In this document: positions 1 to 12,256 of the stretch, one piece after another
Numbering within the stretch: the first letter of the stretch is position 1
How the letters are laid out: each line of letters opens with the position of its first letter
Assembly (NCBI GenBank): GCA_051362555.1
Contig: CM120647.1
Span: 9,424,001 to 9,488,000, forward strand
Reading direction: 5' to 3'
Origin: Lingula anatina
Taxonomy: Eukaryota; Animalia; Brachiopoda
Length of the DNA stretch: 64,000 nucleotides
The notes under the pieces: generated by a model
What the model was told of the DNA's origin: nothing
Seen by the model: the letters and a program-made list of their open reading frames with translations, nothing else
The model's database searches: none
Position numbers and translations under genes: made by a program

Positions 1-569
1 TATTGAGTTTAAAATTAAGTTTAAGTGCAGTGCTTTACAAGTGACGCTGTATCCTCATTTTAAGGGCTTAAGCAACTTTCATGCCTCCCTTCTGCGCCAC
101 CTGAGCAACCTACGGCATCCTACGTGAAAACGGCGATAAATGTAGACAGCCAGCTTAAAATGTACAAACAATACAATAGTAATTTACTTCGATGACCGCT
201 TTCCCTTTTATTTGTCCGATAACCAGGTTGGTGGTTTTGTGCAGGTTAGAGATCTCTTTTATTTTTATAAACCATCAAAAAACTTGGATTTATCCACTCC
301 CCCCTCCCCCCCCCCCCCCCCCCCCCCCCCAGTAGACTTGCTATTATTTAGAGAGTCGTCTGGGCGGAGAACCTCGTAGCCACAAAACAGAAGAGTAAAG
401 GCTTTGCCACACCTAGCGCATGGCACTAACGTATGAGAAAAATTGCCAATATGCACACAGGCGCAAGGGGTTCGTTAGGCTTACGTCGTATACGTCTCCA
501 GTACGCAGGCAAACTTTGGTTTACGTTCGTATGCTCGAAGGGAGACAAATTGTTTTGAACCTATTCAAA

Positions 570-812
570 AAATATACTGACAATCAATGAAAACGCATCA
601 TTTATTTATCAAATAATATTTTAAGTTCCTTTGGAACATTAAGAAAATAACAGTTTTCGTGTGAAATATGACCCATTATTCAGTCAAACAAGGTGACTCT
701 CTTATGACCAAACAAGTGCATTTCTTCTCGTTTATATGGTTGAAATCGATTCTCGGTAAAAAAAAGTACAAGAAAGTTTTCTGATGCGTTTTCATTTATT
801 GTCAGTATATTT
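570..812. mobile_element. MITE-like inverted-repeat element
   Basis: 31-bp inverted repeat, one mismatch: aaatatactgacaatcaatgaaaacgcatca (570-600) versus tgatgcgttttcatttattgtcagtatattt (782-812); no ORF. Confidence 0.6.
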
Positions 813-899
813 CATGCGCTGCTTATATATCTTCATTTGAATACGCTGGAATCAGGATGATTACATACAATTAAAGATGAGCGAATATCGATGTAACTA

Positions 900-1116
900 A
901 GACCCCATTCCCACAGATTTTAGATCGATCTATCCCTGAGGGGAGTCTCACTAGATTACTGTCAGCTTAGCCGGCTTAAATGCCTGTCCCGCCCACTAAA
1001 AGCTGTAAGGGGGTAATTAACTACAGTGCGCGCTCGGATGACAGCAATTTAGCGTGAACTCCCAGGGAGTTAGTTCGATCTAGATGGGTCGATCTAAATC
1101 TATGAGAATGCAATCT
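900..1116. mobile_element. MITE family AGACCCCATTCCC (Harbinger-like), copy 1
   Basis: Internally palindromic, imperfect TIRs (agaccccattcccacagattttagatcgatc ... gatctaaatctatgagaatgcaatct); related copies at ~43521-43640, 47683-47865, 60176-60431. Confidence 0.65.
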
Positions 1117-1400
1117 AAGATACCCATACGCTTCTCTTAACGCTAAGTATGTCAGAGCCTTACCTTAACCTAACCAGGCCAGCATGCAGTCGTTCATGCA
1201 CGTGACAAGCAAACCTCAAGCGACTCTTCATGAAGTGAAAAACGCACAGCCTTAACAATATAGCTTGCTATTGATATTGATTGCGGAACTCAAACAGCAC
1301 GTAAACATGAACATTTAATCAGCCAGACCTCAGTACTGACAGGGAGAAGTCCTCGTGAAAAATCGTTAACCCAGGGGAAGAGAGAGGAGGAGGTCGAGCT

Positions 1401-1533
1401 CAGGGGCGGATCCATGATTATTTGAAGGGTGGGGGTCCGGAGGGGAACGACAGACCTCTGATGCGAAGCCGACCATCGCCCCCTTGGTGTGGGGTTCGGG
1501 CATCGCTTCAAATAATCCTGGATCCGCCCCCTG
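1401..1533. mobile_element. MITE with CAGGGGCGGATCC termini (hAT-like)
   Basis: TIR caggggcggatccatgattatttgaag / cttcaaataatcctggatccgccccctg; related pieces at ~8895-9040, 21440-21600, 48707-48880, 49760-50042. No clear TSD. Confidence 0.6.
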
Positions 1534-1924
1534 CTTTACTCAGTGACCTTTGCCAAAATTGTCATATAGTGATATTACACGTCTCCATATTGGCCCTTGA
1601 CCAGGGCTCAAGTGCTTCACATAAGAAGGAATTCAATATAAATATGTGTGCACTATTATATTATCCTTAAAAACAATGCTACTCTTTGTTATACCCATCA
1701 CCTTAGCCTTACATCCACTGAAACGAAGTATTGCAAAGGAAACCCAGCAATTAAGCCTTTGCTTAATTAAGTGTATCGTAGTATTCTAATGACTGATCCT
1801 ATTTTTAAGTCAGAAAAGACATTTGACGACCTATATAGACGGTTATGTCGAACCCCCGAGTCCCCCTTGTACTCCTATCCCCCCCACCCTCCCACCTCGC
1901 CTCGGGTTTGACTAACTCAATTAA

Positions 1925-4388
1925 GGTAGTCCTCTCATATTAGCTTTTTTTTGCGATCTGCGCAGGTTTCGCGCATGAGTAGTTTTTTGAGATAGCGGCT
2001 AATTATGAAAATAAAACATGCAATAAAATACGTAATTCATCTTTTTAAGAAATCTGTATGAAATCTTTGATGTTATTTTGGTCGAAGCGCTACGAATATG
2101 TCAACTATGCGTTGCGTATGAGTGAACGCTTGGTCTTTTACGACGTAAAGTACCCACTTGCGACTTTGTTTACAAATACCGCATGTAAGAAGTTACGCGA
2201 AGAAGGGATTGAAAAGAGCGTTTTAGTAAGGCTTGTATAGCAGTGACATGATCTTATCTCACGGAAAACATTCACAAGGGCTTGTATTTTGACCACAAAG
2301 TGTATTGCGGAGGTTTGTCATATGGTTACGATGTGTGCAACAAGACATTGCCTTCTTCAGCATTGGTTTCCGATCACCCAGGGCCAACCCGCACAAAAAC
2401 GAAGTATATACTCCAGCGCAGTAGACTACTGCAATCCTACTGCAAACATGCTTCAAATCTGCTTCGATGTGGGAGCTAATTAGCACATTTGAAACATGCT
2501 TCTATCATGCTGCTAATCTACTGCATTAATGCTCCTCCTCTGTACAACCCTATGTAATTTTTGAAGTAGAATTGCAGTAGGCTATACTGCATTTCTACTG
2601 CAAATATGCTCTACACCACTACTGCGTTAATGCTTCTTTGCTACTTCGATACTACTGCATTTTCGTGCGGGAAGTTACCGTGATTTGTATGCTGAAAACA
2701 ATTCTCTTCTTTCACAATAAGTTAAAATAATTAGACTCATGGCGTTTTGTTGTTGATTTAAGTATGTTATTGAACAATATGACCTGCAAACAGTGCGATT
2801 TTCAGCTCTCCAGAAAAGATGCAACCGGTGTGCACCCGCCTGGCGTGTTGCGACGTCATTCTTGTAATGGTTTTGTTAAAGTGCAAATGGACAAAACCAT
2901 AAAACACACAACAGAGGACCAAGGGTTTTTATGCAGATACATGCAATACTTTTTTGATGCTAGGAAAATAAACAGTATATTTTAGAAGATAAAGTGTACT
3001 TTATTCCAACTTTATCCTAATTTACCCAATCATAAACAAGAGACTTTAGTTTGTAAATTTATTACTTCACAGAAATTATTCAACCCATAATGCATTAAAA
3101 GATAGTCTTGAGTTACAAAATTTTGTTAATTTTTGCAATGATGAAAGTGAAGAAAATCCTTTTTTCTGATTTTTTATTTCATCCCATTCAATTAACAAAA
3201 TCCTGTGTTCAACCTTTAGCAAATTCTACATAATACCTAGTTTATAATAATAATTTCTTCATGTTTAGGGGGGAAATCAAGATGTCGTGGTTAATATATC
3301 AGCATTTGCACATGTCATTTCAAAGAAGTCTAGATGGTCTTTATTGTCTTCTATATGTAAAATTAATCTAAACACAAAAAAGAGTAACAGAATGTATAAA
3401 GTAATAAGAAAAATGCATGTAGGATGTCTTTAATGCCTAAATTTTAAAAATGTATGAATATTTATTATATATATTTATTTGATTTCATGTTGTAAATATA
3501 ATATGAAATCGAAATAAACTGATAACCAAAAGATGTCTTTAGACGAATATTCTAACTTTTTTGCCACCTAGTTTCCAAAGCACGTTTGTCAAGAAATATG
3601 GCTACATGTAACGTACCAGTAGTAAGAAATTGATACATTGTTTAAACAATGTATATTAAAATATACAAAGCAAACAATCTATCAAGCTATCTCAATGTTA
3701 AAAATGTATAAAATAGTAAGAAAAAAGGAATAGGAAGATAAAAGTCACAAGAGATTGATACATGTGCTTGTAGGTCCAGCCTATGAAAAATCCAATATGG
3801 CGGCATTCCATGAGGCATACTGAAATCCAACTGATACTTTCAACATTAATATCTATTTATTATGAATGGGATAAGCAAACTTTATGAAATTTGGTTAGCT
3901 GATGCAGAGAAGTATAAATATAATTTTCATGGAAGCAAAATAAATGTATGAGTTAAAAAACCCACGATACAAAACACATTTATTTAAATTTGCTTGGAAA
4001 TTTCCATTGATTCCTATGTAAATTTGATAAAAATCGATGTTCAAGCAGCCCTGGCTCAAAAACAAGCATGGTGTGGTACATATTTTTTTGTAAATTTCTT
4101 TGAGGTCTACCAAGATCTATAACATATCCACATAAAATTAAAATCGCTAGGGCAGAATTTTTTATTTTTGCATTTTTCAGCAAAATTAAGGGCATTTTGG
4201 CAAAATCCCCATATAACGCAATGTAATAAACGTAGCGTTTTTCGGGACGCCACCTCTCGAAAACGAGCGTGGTGACCCCCAATTTTTTTTTCATATTTTT
4301 TACTCATATGGTAAGAAGATTTTGTCTTACAATTTTAATCAAAATCGCTAGGGCAGAAATATGAAATCTTAAATATGAGAGAGCGTCC
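1925..4388. mobile_element. Non-autonomous Kolobok-like DNA transposon
   Basis: TTAA at 1921-1924 and 4389-4392; imperfect TIRs GGTAGTCCTCTCATATT versus GGACGCTCTCTCATATT (reverse complement of right end); subterminal repeat aaaatcgctagggcagaa at ~4140 and ~4342; TTAA TSD with RR termini fits Kolobok; no transposase ORF. Confidence 0.65.
2388..2671. mobile_element. Nested MITE with CCC termini and 2-bp TSD (CMC/EnSpm-like)
   Basis: aa-CCCGCACAAAAA ... TTTTCGTGCGGG-aa, with repeated internal ctactgca motif. Confidence 0.65.
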
Positions 4389-4776
4389 TTAAGGGTTATG
4401 GATATTACAACTGTGTTGTCTAACCTTGTGAATCGTGACGTGATGTTGTGACGTCATCTTGACGTCATTTGGAAAATTTTAAGCTGTAGGTACATGGAGA
4501 CGTGAGGGTGAACAAGAAATGGGTTTTATCAAGATATGAAGTAAGATATAAGTGAAGGACTATCATATGCATGGCCTAATCTTAACCTTTCTACGATTTC
4601 AAATGCATTTTTCAATAACATATTCATGGCCTCACATGGAGCATTTTACTTTTTAAGATTCCCCGCGCTTACTAGTACATGTATCAAACAGCTTTCCTCT
4701 GTCCCAGTTTAGCAATGAATATTTTTTCTTCTGGACAGATCTGTACACAATGACATGAATTTGAAATGCTGGTGTG

Positions 4777-4780
<4 letters not shown>

Positions 4781-4838
<58 letters not shown>
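4781..4838. repeat. (GA)n microsatellite
   Basis: Direct reading. Confidence 0.95.
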
Positions 4839-5281
4839 CCCATGATAAAGAGTCCGCTTCCCATTCATTTCTTTAAACGTAAGCTTCACCCTAGACTTTG
4901 ACCCACTTACATGTACATGTAGGTAAGGCTAACCCTAACCATTATAACAAAATGGAGAGCGGACTTTCTGTTACATGCACCCTCAGTTTCGTTATACCGG
5001 CCGACTTCTGGTATGGTCAACATCGTGGTTCTGATTGAATCAGTGTGATTGAAAACGCACGTGCAAAAGAAGACAGGCGTTTAAGGTGCCTTATCCTCGT
5101 CCCGAACCTGTCACTGGTTGCACGGAATTTTCTCTTCAAAGAAAGTTGAAATGAATCGAAACAAACATTTTTTGACAAAAATACATTCCTTCAAATAATC
5201 AATTCTAATACTGAAAGGCGTCTTTAAAGCATATAATTGGTACATGTACGTACAGTTGCATACAATGTTTATCATTTTACG

Positions 5282-6577
5282 TCATGGACCAATCGTAAGT
5301 GAAAATGTATTTGGTGCGGTGCAGTACAAAGTGTCAGGTGTAAACGGCTCGAGACGACGGTTATCTAATCCGAGGATTTTCTGTATTTCTGGTTTTTGCA
5401 ACCAAGTGAATTTCTTGCGAATCATGGGATGGGTAGGGTCCCAGTGTTGTAGGATAAAATCCGGCGTCACAAGATGCGAATGGTTACCTTTTAGTTTCGG
5501 CTGGCCGGGAATTCGGACGCTAGGACCCGGTTGTAGGGTACCTGGACTGCTGAGCGAAGTGGTTCCTTTCAATAGAGCCTGGATTAATGTATTGGACGTG
5601 GCTGGGCTGGCTTTTGTTTTTGTCAGCAATGCAGACGAAATATAGTCTCGCGGTTTTTCATAATCAAAATTTTTTTTATACCTGTCCTTCGAAACAGGTC
5701 TGTTCGATATATGATTCGTAACATGCAGTGAGTTGCATTGCATGCGATAGCTGTGATATAGCATGGAGATCAACTGACGAGTAATCCAGCCGCCATACCA
5801 CCACGATTCATAATCAAGGTGCAAATCATACGGTATCAGAAAGGACAGTGTATCCTTGTGAAACGCATTCAAACACTCATCAAAATCCCAGTTCAAGTTT
5901 ACAGGTTCTTGTTTATTGACAAACTGTCTACTCATATCTTGGTAACGTACGTAACCCACAGCAGGTTGGTAATGCATAAGAAACTCCTCGAACCTCTGAT
6001 AGGGATCCGATGCCATCTTGGACCAAGCTTTCCAATTGACCTGCCCATCCGTCCTAACTGAAAGCTCCACGTCATCGTCCAGTAATATATAATAGAGATA
6101 ACCGCCGTCTTTCATTTGGGCCGCTAAGTTCACCGCGTGTTGAAGAAGCACATTTCTACCGGAAAGGTGGGAGGTGCCCGGGGCGTAAATGTCACCTGAG
6201 ATATCCCCAAACGTCATCCAAATGACGTCACGTTCCTTGGTTTCTTGTAATCCTTTGATGACCCCTTTAGTTGGGCTCTGAATGAGATACACAAATCGCT
6301 TCCCAGTTGTCTGGCTGTAATTTCTTGGTCTGAAAACTACATATCCATGCTCAAATGTCAAATTCACGGATTCAGGCAATTCATTATGGTCATCAGAAAT
6401 CGCAGAAAGCAGTCTTTGCGGATTTTGTTGAATGGATTTCCAGACTCCGATGCTTTGCATCCGGCTACTCAAGTTTACCAAGACACCTTTATTCACCCAC
6501 AAAAAACGCCACACAGAGCCAGTCACGATGGTTAACAACAATGCCAGTACGTATATGAATTTTTTATTTGTCCCCAT
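5282..6577 (-). CDS. Uncharacterised type II membrane protein, putative GT-A fold glycosyltransferase-like, copy A1 (431 aa)
   Basis: Long ATG ORF; MGTNKK plus hydrophobic FIYVLALLLTIVTGSVWRFLWV anchor; motifs GRNVLL, YLYYILLDDD, FEEFL..YQPAVG, FDECLNAFH, PYDLHLDYESWW conserved across paralogs. Function is inferred. Confidence 0.88.
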   Translation of the reverse strand: MGTNKKFIYVLALLLTIVTGSVWRFLWVNKGVLVNLSSRMQSIGVWKSIQQNPQRLLSAISDDHNELPESVNLTFEHGYVVFRPRNYSQTTGKRFVYLIQSPTKGVIKGLQETKERDVIWMTFGDISGDIYAPGTSHLSGRNVLLQHAVNLAAQMKDGGYLYYILLDDDVELSVRTDGQVNWKAWSKMASDPYQRFEEFLMHYQPAVGYVRYQDMSRQFVNKQEPVNLNWDFDECLNAFHKDTLSFLIPYDLHLDYESWWYGGWITRQLISMLYHSYRMQCNSLHVTNHISNRPVSKDRYKKNFDYEKPRDYISSALLTKTKASPATSNTLIQALLKGTTSLSSPGTLQPGPSVRIPGQPKLKGNHSHLVTPDFILQHWDPTHPMIRKKFTWLQKPEIQKILGLDNRRLEPFTPDTLYCTAPNTFSLTIGP

Positions 6578-7412
6578 CGTCTGCTGCAGTTGACATTAGG
6601 CACATCTGAACCAAAATACCTGAAATTAAAAAATAATAATAATATATCGTCTTTCATTTCTTAGTTTGGATTCGCAGTTAGTTTTTTGTTTATTTTCACA
6701 TTCTTCGCCATAACCAATTATACGAAAGTATAAAAACATGTAGAATGTATTTACAACATTGTAATATCTTACTGGTTTATAATATCTAATTTGGCAGTCG
6801 GCACTTTCGGTTGTGAACTGTTACTGGTCTAGCGGTGGAAAATATTGTTAATTTGAAAGCTATCAGCGCCTCACCCGGCAGCTGGACTATGTCTTCTTCC
6901 TCTACACTAGAAGCCAGAGTGGCGACATTAATTCCATGCACAAATTGTCTCTTACACTAGAAAACGAAGTACCAGGAATATATCTGTTAATATCTTGTGA
7001 AAAAATCAATCTGTGGCCCTGTTATAAGGTTGTACATGACCTGTATCCTCCCAAGGGAGATGAGAACGTCTACACCCAGTCTGTATCAGGGCGAAAAATT
7101 CCTGGCCATTCAGAATAGGGTACTACATAGTACGAGGGTCAAATATGGCCAACCCGCTTGAATACTTCCCCATGGGATATCTATTCAGTGTCTTTGAGCA
7201 GCGTGAAGAGTGCGGTATACCAGAATGACATATTTTCCCCACGTTTCGAATAATACAGCGGAAAATGTTGTATTGGTGACACGGGTCAGCGAAAAAGGGG
7301 ACAAATGTTCAACATTTGTGCAATGATTTGGTTTGTTGAGAACTTGCTATGTTGATCAAGTAGGTTTGAAGGAGTGGGTCACTTTCTATCTGGCAACCAA
7401 ACATATTTATGA

Positions 7413-7646
7413 TACCCCCTTTACACTGAACGTCGTCCTTTCTGCGTCCTTTCTGCGTCCTTTCTGCGACCAGGAAATTTGGCATCGCTGTGGTCTTAAT
7501 AAGGAAGCTCGAGCATTGATTTTGTATCAGAATGAATGCTCAATGATCGGCCAGTTGTCGGCACGTAAAGTATTATAATTTTTTAACTTTCAAATGGGGC
7601 CGTACTGCTGGACGCAGAAAGGACGCCGTCCAGTGTAAAGGGGGCT
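7413..7646. mobile_element. PIF/Harbinger-like MITE
   Basis: TIR ccccctttacactgaacgtcgtcctttctgcgtcc / gacgcagaaaggacgccgtccagtgtaaaggggg; flanked by TGA/TAA; the paralogous site at ~18190-18210 is empty (tttataagtaac). Confidence 0.8.
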
Positions 7647-7764
7647 TAAGTAACTGAACTTGAGTATATTGATTATAATGTTTGTTAAAGCGTAAGAAAA
7701 AGGTTTTTTAAAATTAATTTTAACGGCTTCAAAAGGTTGTACAAATATTTTAATATTAAAATAA

Positions 7765-8425
7765 AAAACCCTACACTGTAAACCGACCCCGCTTATTCTA
7801 TACAGTCTTTCTGCTGCGTGACGAATAATTCAACAATGCTACGTTTAAGAATGAAAATAAAAAAACACCTGGCATTAACATATGGATGCTATCGATTTTA
7901 CCACTGCAAAACAGTGATTCAACATGCACAACTTCCGTGTATGCAGCATGGCTGTGACCTGAAATCGGTGTACCAGGATTCAAGGTGTCTCGTTTCCTCT
8001 AGCTATAATAGGAACCGTAGTCTGCTCTCGCTCCTTTACTTTGTGCAGGTGACATTCGTCCCAAAAGCGTACTAGTAACCCCAATACTACAATAAAGCCT
8101 AACCTGTACAAGAGCCTATCAGACGGAACCCCGGACGTCAATTTCTATGACTACCATTCCTGTCACATCCAATAACACTGCTCGTCCACGCCCCACTGCG
8201 TATTAGGGGAAAGAGGGCTGAGGGAGCCTGACTGTCTCTCTCTCTATCTCCCTCCCTCCCTCCCTTCTCCCTCCCACCTCCCGCCCTCCCCCTCCCTCCC
8301 TCGCTACCCCCTCCCCTCTTTATCTCCCTCCCTCTCTCTCTCTCCCCCTTCCCCCTTTCTCTCTCCCCCCCTCCTCCCCCTCTCTCTCTCCGCCTTTCCA
8401 TGACATAATGGCGGACTCTAATCAT
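7765..8425. repeat. ~650-bp local repeat with internal CT-rich tract
   Basis: Direct copy at 19268-19792 plus 20594-20945, inverted copy at 17155-17791, short homologous core at ~60938-60990. Confidence 0.8.
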
Positions 8426-8561
8426 TCCTTTTTTTTACCACAAGTGTCCTTTGTAAACTGAACTGAATGGTACCCCGGCATTTCACAAAAGAGGGAAATA
8501 ATGATTTTTAGTTACTTGTACTTTAAAATTTATGATCCTGTTTGCCATCCTAGCACCTTAC

Positions 8562-8680
8562 CTGTGTGGCAGCGTCTTCTTGTTCTAAGCAATACGTCTG
8601 ACCCGAATCAGGTATTGTCAGGTAAAGATAGCGCTTCCAGCAAAGGTGTCACACGACTGCGCATGCCCGAAAAGCGCGCC
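8562..8680 (-). promoter_or_regulatory. Putative non-coding first exon and promoter of copy A1
   Basis: GC-richer block ending in a consensus donor; NRF1-like actgcgcatgcc at 8656-8667; conserved at 21114-21232. Confidence 0.45.
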
Positions 8681-10424
8681 TTTTTTTTTTTTTTTTAATA
8701 AACAAGAAGGCGAAATTGACAAAGCCTGCCAGTGAACTCCACCTGGTTTATTTGACTTGGTTTGGTTTCTGGTGTCATTTGAGAGAGTTAATTTATGGAA
8801 ATTATTTTGTTAAATGTACATGTATGAATCAAAAGGTAAATTAATCAGACTTTGCCTCGAATGGCATTTATTTTGTCTACCAGTATATTGAAAGGGTAGG
8901 GGAGTAACCAGGATTATTTGAAGGGAGTGGTGGTGGTGGGGGGGGGCACTGAAGGCCCTAAATATTTTTGGTGATTTGGAGGGCAAACAGTGCGGTTTAG
9001 AGCTATCAATCAACTTGTCAAAATATTAATTCCAAGAGGAGGATATTAAAAAATAATATATCTTTTCTCTTCACTTTAAAGTCCTTAAAATGATACTTAG
9101 GTGGGGGTGGTCGTTGATCTCTCTTTTACCAGCTACGTCACAGATCAAATTATAGCAGGCCCTGCATGGTGTCATGCATTCTATAGTTTCCATTTATCAA
9201 AAAGGTGCTAAGTTCTCGGTGGGATTATCAGCAAGAAGTGTTTTTTTTCGCACACGCCACCGACTGCGCTGTGACTGAACGCCCCCCCCCCCCCTCCGTA
9301 CGTGTTTCCTCTTATAGTATTCAAATGCAATTTTTTAAAATTATTTCTAGCAAAAAAAAAAAAAAAATAAATAAATAAATAAATAAATAAAAATAAAATA
9401 ATAATAATAATAAATAACATTGAACATACTAGTACTTGAACTCGCGCAGATGTGCATACATGTGACCAAGCCATCAGAGTTACCACGGCGCCGCAGAAGC
9501 TTCGTAGATAGATTCCAGATCAGATGGGAACTTGCTACCTTGTCACGCAGAGGACCACTTTGGATGTACCTGTTTACGTCTGCAATTACAATCGATATCC
9601 CGGGTGCCGTACAAATATATGTCATCTCAACTATAGGAAACAATTTATAATCTTTCAAAAATTGCAAAGTTTAAATAAAGTTTATATGGTGTGGCGCACA
9701 TCAAAAGACTTCTTGATTATTGTTTGAATCTTCAGTAATAACAAAAATAAAGCATACGCTTAGATAAATCCTTATGCATGGCCTATTTATTAGATAAATT
9801 GATATTTTGTAGAATTTACGGGCTAAAAAAAGCCAAACATTGTCCAGGTGACCTCATCCTCATATCGAGGCACGACGTTTTGTCCCCGTGCAAACGTTTC
9901 CTTGTCTACTCACAGCTAGCGACATCTGGCTGTGAAATTCGATGGGGCGACAGATGGGAGGGTCTCAGAAGCGATCCGTACATCTATAAAGCCAGGATGG
10001 TATGAGAATCTACTCCGAAAAAACTGACTTGATTTAATTTATTACATGAAGAAATGGAAGAAAATCTAAAGTCAAAGAAGTACTGGAGTAGTAACCCTGC
10101 AATGTATATGATATGAAGATATAGGCCCTACATGTATACTGGAACTACAGTAGTAGCCTGTGCATGCTTTTCAGATTTTAAAAGGGGTTGCCGTTATTTT
10201 TAAATGAAAAATGGTATCTTTGTATTCCCTTGACTGACCTATAAGCGTATTTTTTGTGATAACGAATGTTTTACCACCCGAAGAACGGTGCTTTAAACCC
10301 CCCCGACCCCCCCCCCCCCCAAAAAAAAAAAAAAAAAAAAAAAATCGTATCCCCGGATCTGGTTATCTTAATAGCAACTCCCTGCGTCCTCCATCTGCTA
10401 GCCCTTAGATAAATGGTATTTTAA

Positions 10425-10632
10425 AGCCCACTTTACACTGGACGGCGTCCTTTCTGCGTCCCATAGTACGAGAGTAAAAAAACAATACTTTACGTGCCGA
10501 CAACTGGCCTATCATTTAGCACGCATTCTGGCACCAAAGCGATGCTTGTGCCTCCTTTCGATGACCACAGCGATGCCAGTTTTATGGTTGTACGGAGGAC
10601 GCAGAAAGTACTCTGTCGAGTTCAAAGGGGTT
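10425..10632. mobile_element. Harbinger-like MITE, same family as 7413-7646, opposite orientation
   Basis: TAA-agcccactttacactggacggcgtcc ... ttcaaaggggtt-TAA; duplicated at 22147-22354. Confidence 0.75.
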
Positions 10633-11393
10633 TAAGTCTGATGACTCCGTCAACCGTCTCTGATGTGAACTCCCCAGTGCTTGTTGACAACATGGGCAGT
10701 CGAATACGGGGTAAGCTAACAGCCTACCTGTACGGACCCTAGTCAGTCTGGGGTGGACAATGTCCGCTATCCCAGTGGGACAGTGAATGTTTTCTACTGG
10801 ACATATGTGTACACGACTGTTGACAAGTGCCCCCTCGTGGTAAACACCATAGGCCTTTCGTCTTATTACATATGGGTAGGCCTACTCTCTCGCGCGCAGC
10901 CGCCATCTATCGGCGCGACTTAAAACTAGGATTCAACGTAATCTATGGGTGTATATCATACGGTGTAAGAAATGGTAGACATGTAATTTTTCTACATGTG
11001 CCCATCTGTCAGTAGAACGTTGTAATAATACTTGGTATATGATTTTGAACGAACACTGATTTATAAACCTATATTTTAAGACCTTCCGTACAAAAAAAAG
11101 GTTATTTTTTCGGCAGTGATTTTTTTTCTTTTTTTTTTATCTTTGCACCCCTTTCTTAATGAGGGAATAAAAGAAATATCTAGAAATACATACATTCTCT
11201 TTGCTCTTTTTGCATCAACAGGAAATCACCACGCAATACATATAAAGCATGTACTATTAGATCCTACGAACGATGACACTGAATCAAACAAAATTTTGAC
11301 AAGAACAAACATTTATTAAAGGAATCAAATGTAAGCTGAAGTCATTTGAAAGTCCACTGATGCGTACATATACGTTTTCTTAATTATTTGATG

Positions 11394-12256
11394 TCATTTT
11401 TCTAAAGTCAGTGAAAATTTATTCGGTGCGGTGCAGTACACAGTGTCAGGTGTAAAAGGCTGCAGACCACGGTTATCTAGTCCGAGAATTTTTTGTATTT
11501 CTGGTTTTTGCAACCAATTTAATTTCCTTTTAATCATGGGATGGATAGGGTCCCAGTGTTGTAGGATAAAATCGGGCGTCACAAGATACGAATGGTTACC
11601 TTTTAGTTTCGGTTGGCCAGGAATCTTGATGTTAGGGCCCGGCCGAAAGGCACCTGGACTTCCGAGCGAAGAGGTTCCTTTCAAAAGAGCCTTGCTTAAT
11701 GTGTTGCGCTTTGGTGGACTGGTCTTGGTATTCGTCAGTAAGGCAGACGACATGTAGTCCCGCGTTTTTCCAAAATCCAAAGCTTTCTTATATCTGTCCT
11801 TCGAAACAGGTCTATTTGATATATGATTCGTAACACGCAGCGAGTTGCACTGCATGCGATAGCTGTGATACCGCATTGACACCAGTTGACGGATTATCCA
11901 GCCGCCATACCACCACGATTCATAGTCTAGGTGCAAATCATACGGTAGCAAAAATGATAGTGTATCCTTGTGAAAAGCACTGAAACACTCGTCGAAATCC
12001 CAGTTCAAGTTTACGGGTTCTTGTTTATTGACATACTGACTACTCATATCTTGGTAACGTACGTATCCAACAGCAGGTTGGTAATACATAAGAAACTCCT
12101 CAAACCTCTGATAAGGGTCTGATGCCATCTTGGACCAAGCTTTCCAATTAACCTGCCCATCCGACCTAACCGAAAGCTCCACGTCATCGTCCATTAATAT
12201 ATAATAGAGATAACCGCCGTCTTTCATTTGGGCCGCTAAGTTCACCGCATGGTTAA
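11394..12256 (-). pseudogene. 5'-truncated family member B1 (no TM anchor or N-terminal third)
   Basis: Open frame homologous from NHAVNLAAQ to the stop; homology ends abruptly at ~12256 where a repeat element begins. Confidence 0.85.

Larger units (their letters stand above)
6620..8561 (-). other. Putative 5'-UTR intron of copy A1
   Basis: Acceptor ttttttaatttcAG (6620-6621) 42 nt upstream of the ATG; donor CAG|GTAAGG (8560-8561); both conserved in copy A2 (16437-16438, 21112-21113). Confidence 0.55.

Noticed and set aside
4929-4941. ctaaccctaacc telomere-like motif
   Set aside because: Only two units; such motifs are common inside invertebrate repeats.
5244-5645. Recurring plus-strand ORFs antisense to the gene family (also 11431, 15136, 23187, 44364)
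   Set aside because: Shadows of the conserved minus-strand CDS with inconsistent starts and no independent signal.
10494-10742. 82-aa ORF conserved at 22216-22461
   Set aside because: GTG start inside a MITE; conservation is explained by the segmental duplication.
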